A stretch of DNA of 64,000 nt from Lingula anatina (taxonomy: Eukaryota; Animalia; Brachiopoda): positions 16,120,001-16,184,000 of the forward strand of contig CM120640.1 of NCBI GenBank assembly GCA_051362555.1, read 5' to 3'. This document shows positions 41,001 through 50,400 of the stretch, one piece after another. Made by a program: the position numbers and the translations under genes. Below the pieces are notes generated by a model. It did no database searches, was not told the DNA's origin, and saw only the letters and a program-made list of their open reading frames with translations. Within the stretch, counting starts at the first letter, position 1. Each line of letters begins with the position of its first letter.

Positions 41001-44000
41001 TCAGGTCATCTTTCATCTCCGTGAATTTGGGGTCAATCGGTGCATTTTCACAGGAGTAGCGGCCATAAGATACCGAAACTGAAAACTGTCTCTAATTCGG
41101 GAACCGTTAATGCTAGAGACCCATTCTTTTTTGCATTTTGTAGAGCATGTAAAGCCCAACACTGGAGGTGGTCTCGGTTTTTTTGTATTCCATACGGTTT
41201 TCGAGTTACGCTGTATCAAAAAGTACATATTGGTGGTGAAAGGAAAATGTACGGAAGCCCACTGGTGCCATATGTAGAAAAAAAAATTATCTCGAAATTT
41301 CGAGATACTATTTTGAAATTTGAACAAAAAAATTTACCACCAGCGTTAGCGCTGGCGGTACACATGGTTTCGGTCCCGTCCGGTCCGTTCCGCCGGCTCC
41401 GCCGCCATGTTACCGTTACCGCTTCTCCTCCTAGACGGTAAGGGCCCCCGTACCCATCTCATGGATTTAGGTCACCTATAATCTCAACTCGTTCCACGTA
41501 AAATTTGGTTTTGTCGGTATTGGGGTCTGGGTGTGGCACTCATTGCAATGCACCCTTGTCTAAAAATGGCAAAATTAAATGCTAATTATCTACCCTACAG
41601 AAGGAGTTACGGGAAAAATTTCTATAGACGGCTTTCCAAAAGTCATATGTGTAGATTTCAAATATACCCTCGGATTTGACCTTTGACCTTTACTTCAAGG
41701 TCAAATGGGTCAAAATTTTCAAAAAAATGAAATTTTTTACGAAAAAAAATTTTTTTGCCCTGTTATTCAGACGCCACACAGACTTAACCAATAATATTAT
41801 TGGAAAGTGTTACCCTTCAGGTCATCTTTCATCTCCGTGAATTTGGGGTCAATCGGTGCATTTTCACAGGAGTAGCGGCCATAAGATACCGAAACTGAAA
41901 ACTGTCTCTAATTCGGGAACCGTTAATGCTAGAGACCCATTCTTTTTTGCATTTTGTAGAGCATGTAAAGCCCAACACTGGAGGTGGTCTCGGTTTTTTT
42001 GTATTCCATACGGTTTTCGAGTTACGCTGTATCAGAAAGTACATATTGGTGGTGAAAGGAAAATGTACGGAAGCCGACTGGTGCCATATGTAGAAAAAAA
42101 AATTATCTCGACATTTCGAGATACTATTTTGAAATTTGAACAAAAAAAAATTTTATCTCGAAATTTCGAGATAACATTTTGAAATTTGAACAAAAAAAAA
42201 AATTATCTCGAAATTTCGAGATAGCATTTTGATATTTGAGCAAAAAAATTTATCTCGAAATTTCGAGATAGTATTTTGAAATTTGAACAAAAAAAATGCT
42301 ATCTCGAAATTTCGAGATAATTTTTTTTTCAACATATGGCACCAGTCGGCTTCCGTAAAAATGTGCAGTACGGTAATGGATAATAAATTTTGAACTCCGG
42401 AAAAATAAAACATAATGCTTGGCAAAGCAGACAACTTGTGGTCAAAAATGACATTATTTTATCAAATTTAAACTTCTGCAACTTCAGAGAACCTCCCATT
42501 TCAAGAACTTTGACCAAAATGACCTTTTCTTTATTTTAATTAATTTTTTCTGTAGGAAATTTATGGCACATTATGGTAACTCCAAAATTATAACATTTAG
42601 TCCCTTATATCTCCAAAACTGGCAGAGATAGGTCCATAGTTACTATTGAAGTTGAATAGGAAGTCATATACTGGCAATCTTACTGTGACCTTGACATTGA
42701 CCTTTGACCTACTTTTCACCATGAACTGAACTTTGCAAATTTTGCTTCCCTTTTATCTCCAAAACTGGCAGAGATAGGTCCATAGTTACTATTGAAGTTG
42801 AATAGGAAGTCATATACTGGCAATCTTACTGTGACCTTGAAATTGACCTTTGACCTACTTATCACCATGAACTGAACTTTGCAAATTTTGCTTCCCTTTT
42901 ATCTCCAAAACTGGCAGAGATAGGTCCATAGTTACTATTGAACTTGAATAGGAAGTCATATACTGGCAATTTTACTGTGACCTTGAAATTGACCTTTGAC
43001 CTACTTTTCACCTTGAACTGAACTTTGCAAAATTTGCTTCCCTTTTATCTCCAAAACTGGCAGAGATAGGTCCATAGTTACTATTGAACTTGCATAGGAA
43101 GTCATATACTGGCAATTTTACTGTGACCTTGAAATTGACCTTTGACCTTCTTTTCACCATGAACTGAACTTTGCAAATTTTGCTTCCCTTTTATCTCCAA
43201 AACTGGCAGAGATAGGTCCATAGTTACTATTGAAGTTGAATAGGAAGTCATATACTGGCAATCTAAATGTGACCTTGAAATTGACCTTTGACCTACTTTT
43301 CACCATGAACTGAACTTTGCAAATTTTGCTTCCCTTTTATCTCCAAAACTGGCAGAGATAGGTCCATAGTTACTATTGAAGTTGAATAGGAAGTCATATA
43401 CTGGCAATCTTACTGTGACCTTGAAATTGACCTTTGACCTACTTTTCACCATGAACTGAACTTTGCAAATTTTGCTTCCCTTTTATCTCCAAAACTGGCA
43501 GAGATAGGTCCATAGTTACTATTGAAGTTGGATAGGAAGTCATATACTGGCAATTTACTGTGACCTTGAAATTGACCTTTGACCTACCTTACAATGAACT
43601 TAACTTTGATTGCACCATTTTTAGTTATATATATTTTTTGCATATTTTGAAAATTCTTGTTGATTGCATTTTTACAGCTTGTCAAGCACAAGACTGGTGG
43701 CTGCACCCCTTATTTTGTGTATGTGGGGGTCTATACGAATGCGCTTGCTCCAGCTGGTGGTACAATATTCGGAGGCGGTATCGCCTCTCTGATCCTCTAG
43801 TTAGATTAATATTTCCATTGTTTTTTAGGTGCCTGGTTCTTGGGTAATGATGCCAAGGTGGAACCCTGCATGATGACTGATGTGCTGAAGGCACAAGCCT
43901 ATATACTGTTCTACACCCAGTCCGCGTCCCCCTCCTTGTCCAGTAAGCCAGAGGTACTGGCCACACCACTGGACAGTACATCGGAGGAAGAAGTGGACGA

Positions 44001-44127
44001 TGAGATCACATTCAATTTTAGAGCTAACAGCCCTGAATGCACATTGCCAAACAAAAGGAGTCGAACTGAGAGTGAGAGCAAATATACTGTGGCTAAGAGG
44101 AAAAGGACTACTTCTACAAGCTGGTAG
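30700..44127 (+). CDS. USP44: Ubiquitin carboxyl-terminal hydrolase 44/49-like (ZnF-UBP + USP/peptidase C19), complete, 16 coding exons, 686 aa
   Basis: Exons 30700-30807, 31120-31197, 31516-31556, 33966-34124, 34526-34588, 34909-34972, 35264-35481, 36405-36537, 36859-37004, 37348-37497, 38114-38216, 38566-38692, 39289-39357, 39540-39648, 39834-40027, 43829-44127; 2061 nt, all GT-AG and in phase. N-terminus [43 protein letters not shown] matches USP44/49. Cys box [21 protein letters not shown], His box [14 protein letters not shown], then ND and AYILFY. Probably co-orthologous to USP44 and USP49. Confidence 0.94.
31120..31197 (+). CDS. USP44: USP44/49 coding exon 2 (ZnF-UBP)
   Basis: tttcag|[26 protein letters not shown]|gtgatt. 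Confidence 0.92.
31516..31556 (+). CDS. USP44: USP44/49 coding exon 3
   Basis: ttgcag|[15 protein letters not shown]|gtaagc. Confidence 0.9.
31780..31799. repeat. Poly-G run (20 nt)
   Basis: Directly visible, in USP intron 3. Confidence 0.9.
33966..34124 (+). CDS. USP44: USP44/49 coding exon 4
   Basis: tttcag|[26 protein letters not shown]...FAGFEN-AG|gtgtga. Confidence 0.9.
34526..34588 (+). CDS. USP44: USP44/49 coding exon 5
   Basis: ttatag|[22 protein letters not shown]|gtagtc. Confidence 0.85.
34909..34972 (+). CDS. USP44: USP44/49 coding exon 6
   Basis: ttgcag|[21 protein letters not shown]|gtaagt. Confidence 0.85.
35264..35481 (+). CDS. USP44: USP44/49 coding exon 7 (Cys box)
   Basis: aaacag|SEPKAQE...poly-Ser...[24 protein letters not shown]|gtaggg. 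Confidence 0.92.
36405..36537 (+). CDS. USP44: USP44/49 coding exon 8
   Basis: tttcag|[14 protein letters not shown]...[11 protein letters not shown]|gtaatt. Confidence 0.9.
36859..37004 (+). CDS. USP44: USP44/49 coding exon 9
   Basis: tttcag|[20 protein letters not shown]...[10 protein letters not shown]|gtaagt. Confidence 0.88.
37348..37497 (+). CDS. USP44: USP44/49 coding exon 10 (QQDAQEFL box)
   Basis: ttccag|[49 protein letters not shown]|gtaagc. Confidence 0.93.
37998..38087. repeat. (TA)n microsatellite followed by poly-T, next to the acceptor of USP exon 11
   Basis: Directly visible. Confidence 0.97.
38114..38216 (+). CDS. USP44: USP44/49 coding exon 11
   Basis: ctctag|[34 protein letters not shown]|gtaagt. 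Confidence 0.92.
38566..38692 (+). CDS. USP44: USP44/49 coding exon 12
   Basis: ttacag|[28 protein letters not shown]...CHIT-G|gtgagg. Confidence 0.92.
39289..39357 (+). CDS. USP44: USP44/49 coding exon 13
   Basis: tttcag|[23 protein letters not shown]|gtaagt. Confidence 0.92.
39540..39648 (+). CDS. USP44: USP44/49 coding exon 14
   Basis: tttcag|[37 protein letters not shown]|gtaagt. Confidence 0.92.
39834..40027 (+). CDS. USP44: USP44/49 coding exon 15 (His box)
   Basis: ttacag|[16 protein letters not shown]...[27 protein letters not shown]|gtgagt. Confidence 0.93.
40518..42150 (+). repeat. Tandem duplication of an ~817-bp module (40518-41334 and 41335-~42150)
   Basis: Both copies begin taccaccagcgttagcgctggcggtacacatgg and are collinear with scattered substitutions; this produces the twin spurious ORFs at 41013 and 41829. 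Confidence 0.92.
42068..42355. mobile_element. TA-flanked MITE nested in the Helentron-like element; body of five ~47-50-bp units each with palindrome TATCTCGAAATTTCGAGATA
   Basis: ta|cggaagccgactggtgccatatg ... catatggcaccagtcggcttccg|ta; palindromes near 42104 (one mismatch), 42154, 42204, 42251, 42300; left arm only at ~41252-41332 in the first module. Confidence 0.85.
42602..43608 (+). repeat. Satellite-like tandem array, 146-bp unit, ~6.9 copies
   Basis: Units start at 42602, 42748, 42894, 43040, 43186, 43332, 43478; consensus cccttttatctccaaaactggcagagataggtccatagttactattgaagttgaataggaagtcatatactggcaat...tgaccttgaaattgacctttgacct...gaactgaactttgcaaattttgctt. Confidence 0.96.
43829..44127 (+). 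CDS. USP44: USP44/49 last coding exon
   Basis: ttttag|(R)[30 protein letters not shown]...[10 protein letters not shown]; basic NLS-like tail. Confidence 0.93.
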
Positions 44128-45387
44128 TTTTGGTGTTTTATGTGTTATTTGCTTTGCCTTGCTGGTTAAGGCAGTGAAAAAATAGTTTTTTCCAGTTCCC
44201 CAAGAAAAGAGTCACTTTGCCTGTGGCTGTTTTGAAAAGTGTTCTTTTTTTAAACGGACGGAGATAGGAGCTGCATTTTCATTCCCATCCATGCTCTGTT
44301 GAAAGTTGCAACAGGAACACGGGGGTTTTTTTCTTGTCACTTGTGTGGAATTAATCAGTCATCTGGTATCACCTATTATAGAAAGTGAAAATGAAACCCT
44401 TATGCAAACAGTATGGCAGCTGTACAGATGCTGAACTCTAATGTTTCCAACTGACACACTATAAAATAGACTTCTTAGAAGTCTCTCACTTTTCCGAGCA
44501 ATTTCCAAAAACACAGCTGCCTGGAAGTTGCCAAATTGTTTGTGTTTTTGTATGAATACACGTTTTGTGTGTAAATGTTTCACCATGTTATTTATAGGTG
44601 TTCCAGGCCACCTTGCAAGTTTGCTGTGATGATGTCTTGCTGGAAGAGACAGTAGTATAAGGAGCACAATAATGAAATGGTACTTAACACAACATGAAAC
44701 TGCGTAAAGAACAATGGCAGGTTATTTATGTGTTCAAAAGCCCATTCAAGTCTTACTCAGGATAAGTTGAGGCAGCTCAAAATGTAATTTAAATTCAAGT
44801 ATGTGTGTAACTATGAGAGTGTTCTAGCAATTAGAATTTTTTGTTTTGCTTAATGAGGCATATGCCTGTGCAAATGTTGGCAATATTTCAATATTGTGGC
44901 ATTTGTTGTCATATTGATTGTAAATGAAAAGCACAACAAATACCTATATCTTGTCTTCACCTTTCTCGCTGTTTGATTGATCTAAATTTTGAGTCCTCTT
45001 TTACCGCTGTAGGTTTAGGTACATCAGTAAGAAATTATTTAGTGATATAAAATGGCCTGAATACATTCAGGATATAAAGAATTAATGAGGAAGGTGTGGT
45101 GAGTCTTGTACAAGAGTGTGCAAAACAGAAATAATCATATCTTCTTCGAAAGGAATTAAGGAATTTTTAACCATCATATGCCAAGAGAACATATGTAACA
45201 AGCTTTAATTTATGTTAATTTTATTGATACAAATTTTAGAGCTTGAAGTTGTAGTTACTGATGTTAAGGTCATGAACTGACCTTTTGCATTTTATCACAC
45301 CATTAAGAACCATATTTTATTTTGAATATGTTAAATAATGTGTATATATTTCTTGTAGAAAGAAATTTTATTTTTCATACAAGTGTG

Positions 45388-45393
45388 AATAAA
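45388..45393 (+). terminator. Candidate polyadenylation signal of USP44/49
   Basis: AATAAA about 1.26 kb after the stop, followed by T/GT-rich sequence (tttctgtgtg); not the only such hexamer in this AT-rich region. Confidence 0.35.
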
Positions 45394-45696
45394 TTTGAAA
45401 TGTTTTAAAGACATTTCTGTGTGCAACTTTAGAGCCATTTGAGATGATTTCTGAATAAGTGGAATGTAGATTGTGCAACCGGAGAGCGGGGGAGGGGGGA
45501 GATGCAAGTTAACCACGGATGCTTACCATTTTACTAAAGGCCAGTAATTGACCCATAGTTTACAAATACCCTGTTAAACGTTTTTAATTTCCCCACACCA
45601 CATACACATGTAGCTGAAGTTATCTCTGCACGTTTCATACAATGATGCCAAAAAATTATCAGAAAGGCCCAACAGTATATTAATATTCATTATTAC

Positions 45697-45702
45697 TTTA
45701 TT
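45697..45702 (-). terminator. Candidate polyadenylation signal of RIPOR
   Basis: TTTATT on + (AATAAA on -) about 1.6 kb after the RIPOR stop; other candidates exist. Confidence 0.3.
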
Positions 45703-47331
45703 ATAGCAATAAGCATGTATACCATCAGTCAATTTCATTATAGGCAAAGCAATAAAATAAACTAATTTACTGCCAGTTACTTAAAGAATGTCATGAGAGT
45801 ACAATTATCTAAATACTATATGGTTAAAGGGTACAAATTATTTAACAAAGAATGCAAATCTCCAAGGATGGAACCAGTCACTTAATGCTATACACGCAGC
45901 ATGAAAAATATCTGCCATGTACATATGTAAACTGATATCAATTTAACATGTGTAAAACAATTTCTGTATATCAAATGAATGATATCAAAGATTTCTCAAC
46001 CACTAATACTATGGCTAAAAACCTAATATAGGCCACGAGTCCATAAATAATGGCAAGAATCTGCAATGAAGTGTCTACATTTATCATTGAAGTCAGATAT
46101 ACTGTACTGAAAATAATAATTTGCAAGAGTATTATAAACAAATGGATAATACCAAGGAACTCCCCTCGAAAAAAAAGGCAATTATTTTAGCCATGTAAAC
46201 AGGTTGCTTTGCTAAATATATATATATATAATAGAACAGATAACCTTGCTTGTTCAATATGGCCAATGACTTGCTTTTATACAAACCTCTTACATGACAT
46301 CTTCCATTTTAACTTTTTTTTTTAAACAACAGGAAAATATAATAGTTCCTACAGTATCTAATATCATTCATGGCCACAGTGTATAATGGCAACAAAATGC
46401 CATTTCTAATCAACCAATATCTATACTAATACTGAACAGATGAGACAGGATAGCAGCAAAACTGCTGCCACATTACAAATAACTATGGATATAAACAACA
46501 TGATTATCTGAAAAAAAAAAAACTAATTAAATCAACGTAATATGTACATAATAATACAGTCTGGGCTATATAAGCATATAGTGTTACAATCAACTGGTGC
46601 CTGCAGGCCTTATCTTTGGTATTATAGTTTCAAATCACTGTTGACTAGATAACTTCCCACAACCAGCTATCAACTTTTGATTTGATTTTTGCACATTATC
46701 GATTAAGATATCTACATTGATCAGTACTGGAAATGTATAAAAGAGAGGGCAAGTATGGCCTACATACCAACACTGAAAACCATGTTTTGATCTTGCTTTT
46801 TTTCTTTACCATTTTGACATCGACCACTGAATGTCTTTCTTAACATCTGCTGCCTCCATTTACCCATGCAATTCACAGGCCTTCACTAATCTTAAAAATG
46901 TAGCAATCAAATTTGCTTTGGGTCTGAGTACAGGAAGCAGATTCAGGTCTCAGATCAGTCTACCCAGTAATGCACACTACAGTTACTGCTGTTTTCTTTT
47001 TCTGATTGATTCTTGATATCCTTATTTTATTTTATTTTTTATTTTTTTTTTTTGTAAAAAATAATTATTCAACTTATGACAATATCAAAGAACCAGATAC
47101 ATTTTACAGAGTCATAATCATGTTTGTCATAGGCAACCATTGAATATACCCATCTTTTGTAATTTAATATCTTAAATAATGGATTTGTGGCTGTTTACTT
47201 AATCAGTTTTCCATTTTACAGATTTTGAGGTCAATGTGTTTTTGGCAATTACTTCTTACAAATCTTGACAAAAAAGTTGGTACTTTTAAGTCGCCTGGTT
47301 CTGTCTTCTTCAAGATCAGAACATGTAGGGT

Positions 47332-47429
47332 TTATGCTTTGATTCCAGAGTGGTTGTGTTTGACATCAATTCCCTGAAACCCATGTGTATGTAAGGAGGC
47401 AGCCTCGTACGCCCTACGTCCTGCTTCAC
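47332..47429 (-). CDS. RIPOR1: RIPOR last coding exon
   Basis: tttcag|GEAGRRAYEAASLHTHGFQGIDVKHNHSGIKA*. Confidence 0.9.
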
Positions 47430-50400
47430 CTGAAATACCAGAACAGATTCCATCAGACACTCAATACAAATTTTCAATGCATTTTAACTCCTGAGTCCAT
47501 CTACAACTAAAAAAACGTCTTGTCCGTTCACACTTAACTTTCACTGTTTTTGAGAGACAAATGATAAGGCTCAACCAGATATTCAAGCTATGTACCTAAG
47601 TTTTTTTTAATACTTAGGTACTTATTATTAACATTTCAAAAGTTAATATCAATATTTGTTTCTCTAGATATTGAAATGCTGTGGTACATTCTGACCAATC
47701 TATTATATTTTTCTTACCAAATGAAAATACTGCCTCTTTTGCACTTTTCTTGACAACAATAGAAGTATCAGTCTCACATACATAAACTAGCTGCTCTATA
47801 GTTTCTGAGGCCTAAAAAGAAACATGAGAACCATTAAATAATGGAATACCTAATTTCTTCACAAATATACATCAACTATTTGACTGCTGTAAAACACACA
47901 TCACAAATATAAAATATACTTCTTGTATAGTTAATGTTTTTTCATCTTTAATTCCCTTAAATATTTACAGGGAGATATCTATATTGTATGCTCATACTTC
48001 GAGTTTATGCAAGCTTTCCAGGCATAAACAATGCAAAAAGGACCAATGAAATACTCACTCTAAGGGCTGACAGAGCCACACAGGCTCCACATCTAATATC
48101 TGCATTGTGATCTTCCAGTGCCTCAATGAAGACCTTCATCACCTGGTCACGTGACATGCGGTCAGACGACAGCCTTTGTAAGTAGGTCACTGTAATGGAA
48201 AACAAGACAATAAGCTTTCAAGTTATGAGATACTGAGGCAGTTTATCTTAGCGACAGGTCAACATAATTTGAATCTTCATAACCTCCCATATCTAAATGT
48301 TTATACTGCTTATCCCCTTTAATATGAAAAAAGCATGTGATAAATGGTTCACAGGTGATAAAATAAGGTGTTTTAAAATAATTCAATTAGATTATGAAAT
48401 TCAAAAGGAAAATAAATTAGGATTTTCTGACATTTTTTATCCCATACCTGTTGTCTGCTTGATCTCTGAATTGTTTGATATGAGCAGGAGTGTAAGGAGC
48501 TTGATGCACTCAGTGGGAGGGACATCATACTGGAAGGCTTGGATTGTTTTGATCACCACATCTGGATCAGTAGAACGCAGCTTGCCACACATCCACACTG
48601 TGAACAAAAGGGGGCAGCACTGTTAGCCTCAGAAAATTTCCTTTGACAAGTTTCAACAAGACAGGCTTATGCTTGAATATTCACTCCAGTTTTAAATTCA
48701 GTAGATATATTTTCTAAGAAACATTTCTTCCTGGCACTGTTCATAAAAAGACAGTTTACAAACATTCTATTTAAAATTTTATTTTAATCATTTATCTAAC
48801 ACAATCTTTTTTGAAGCAGCCCAGGCCTACTTCTACTTACATTCTGTTGCCAGGTCCTCTACATACTCTGCCACACTTGGCCTGCTGTCCTCACTGAAGA
48901 AACTCAGAAACTGGTGGAGTGTCACATTGGCATTGCTATCTGGATCATAGCTTGGCATGTCTAGGATCTTTGCTAATGTTTTTCTGAAGACTGTAAAAAA
49001 TGATAAGAAACACACAATTAAATACCACTTAAATACCACATATAAAACATTATGAATTGAGTTTAATTTTGCTTTTATGTTAAAAGTGCATTAGTGGTTA
49101 AAAAATGGATAAGCTCTTACTGTGTGTCCAAACAAATGCTAAGTATGCAACTGAATCATTGCCTGATTTAAGTAAACTTCTTTCACTTAAGAAAAAAGTT
49201 CCTCTTCGAAGCATATACCTTTGCTGGCTACAATATCAAACTTGTCTCGGATTCTCTCTCCATAGCTCCTCTCTAGCTGTGCCAGGAACCGCTCACTGTT
49301 CACGTACAGACCACTGTGATCTACAGACTTCTGCCAGAACTCTTTCAACCTGGGATTACTGGTCACTTCACTCATTACTGAAATCATGTATAATATATAT
49401 TAGTAAATCATATAATTTATATGCTTTAAATAACAATGGTGTATTCCATAGTCAATTTCCACTGCTACCAGGATTTTTTTTTCTAAATTTACCTTGATAT
49501 CTATAAATATTTTTTCTCCTAACTGAAAATTTACCCAATATCATCATCTTCATTACAGATCAAATTTGCTCAATCTAAATTATATTTTATCCTTGCAGTG
49601 CATAATTTCTCACCATGTTTAAAACCCAAGAAAGATATATTTCAATCAAGTTCTAGAAAGACATCTGAAGCGAGAAAATCCAACCTCAGCTATGACTACT
49701 TATTTCAGAAAATTGAATTTCTATCGATTGAGCAAGAACATCTCCCAGTAATAAGTCCAATGTTATTCCACTTGGGACAGACCCAGGTTGTCCATGTAAC
49801 ACTCAGAAGACAGAATAAACAGTCAAAATCAATACTCCGAAGATGGTTTGGAAAAAAGATCTTGTCCTTACATATCACAGCTGTTTCGATCAAAATACTT
49901 GAACTAATCCAGATTTCTTTGGCAAAGAATAACTTTCCCAAACGAAACTTTTTTGGGGTAAAAGAAATCATTTGGAATATCTAAACTCAAAACTTATCAG
50001 AGGAGTGAAAACTTTTTTTGAAAAGATATAACCAAGAGGCAGTGTTTTACACACAACAAAATGGGTCAGAATCTAGGGTCAAGTTCTCTATCAAACATTA
50101 TGTTTGGGTTGGGTTAAATCACAAGATGCCAGAAGGCACCTCAGGTACATGACTTCCCCTGTAGATATATCAGATCTTTCACCCTTCACAGTACACTGAC
50201 ATGTCAAGAGTGGTAATGTTCACCTGAGATTTTTATTTCTGATAACAGCATGCCCTCACCTTTCTCTATGTTGGCCACATGTTTTCCTGCTTTGGCTATG
50301 TCGAGCAGCTTCTCTATGATTTTTCCCTGCATCTGAAGATGATCCAAGGAATACGTCTCCCGACATTTCAGTGGACCAAATTTTCCAAGGTTCTGAAAAT

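Larger units (their letters stand above)
40514..43800 (+). mobile_element. Non-autonomous Helentron/HINE (DINE-1-like rolling-circle) composite element with internal satellite array
   Basis: 14-bp subterminal inverted repeats attgtaccaccagc (40514-40527) / gctggtggtacaat (43753-43766); 5' hairpin tgtaccaccagcg-ttag-cgctggcggtaca; short (GTCC/CCG)-like low-complexity tract; 3' hairpin gaggcg-gtat-cgcctc (43772-43787); end CTAG followed by TT; no TSD; no Rep/helicase ORF. Confidence 0.8.

Noticed and set aside
42100-42325. CRISPR-like array of regularly spaced palindromic repeats
   Set aside because: The 'spacers' are near-identical, the array is bounded by MITE TIRs with TA flanks, there are no cas genes, and the context is a eukaryotic intron.
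41013-42434. Paired 93-133 aa ORFs (41013, 41040, 41829, 41856, 42153)
   Set aside because: They arise from the 817-bp duplication and palindromic repeats; no transposase, Rep or helicase motifs are visible.
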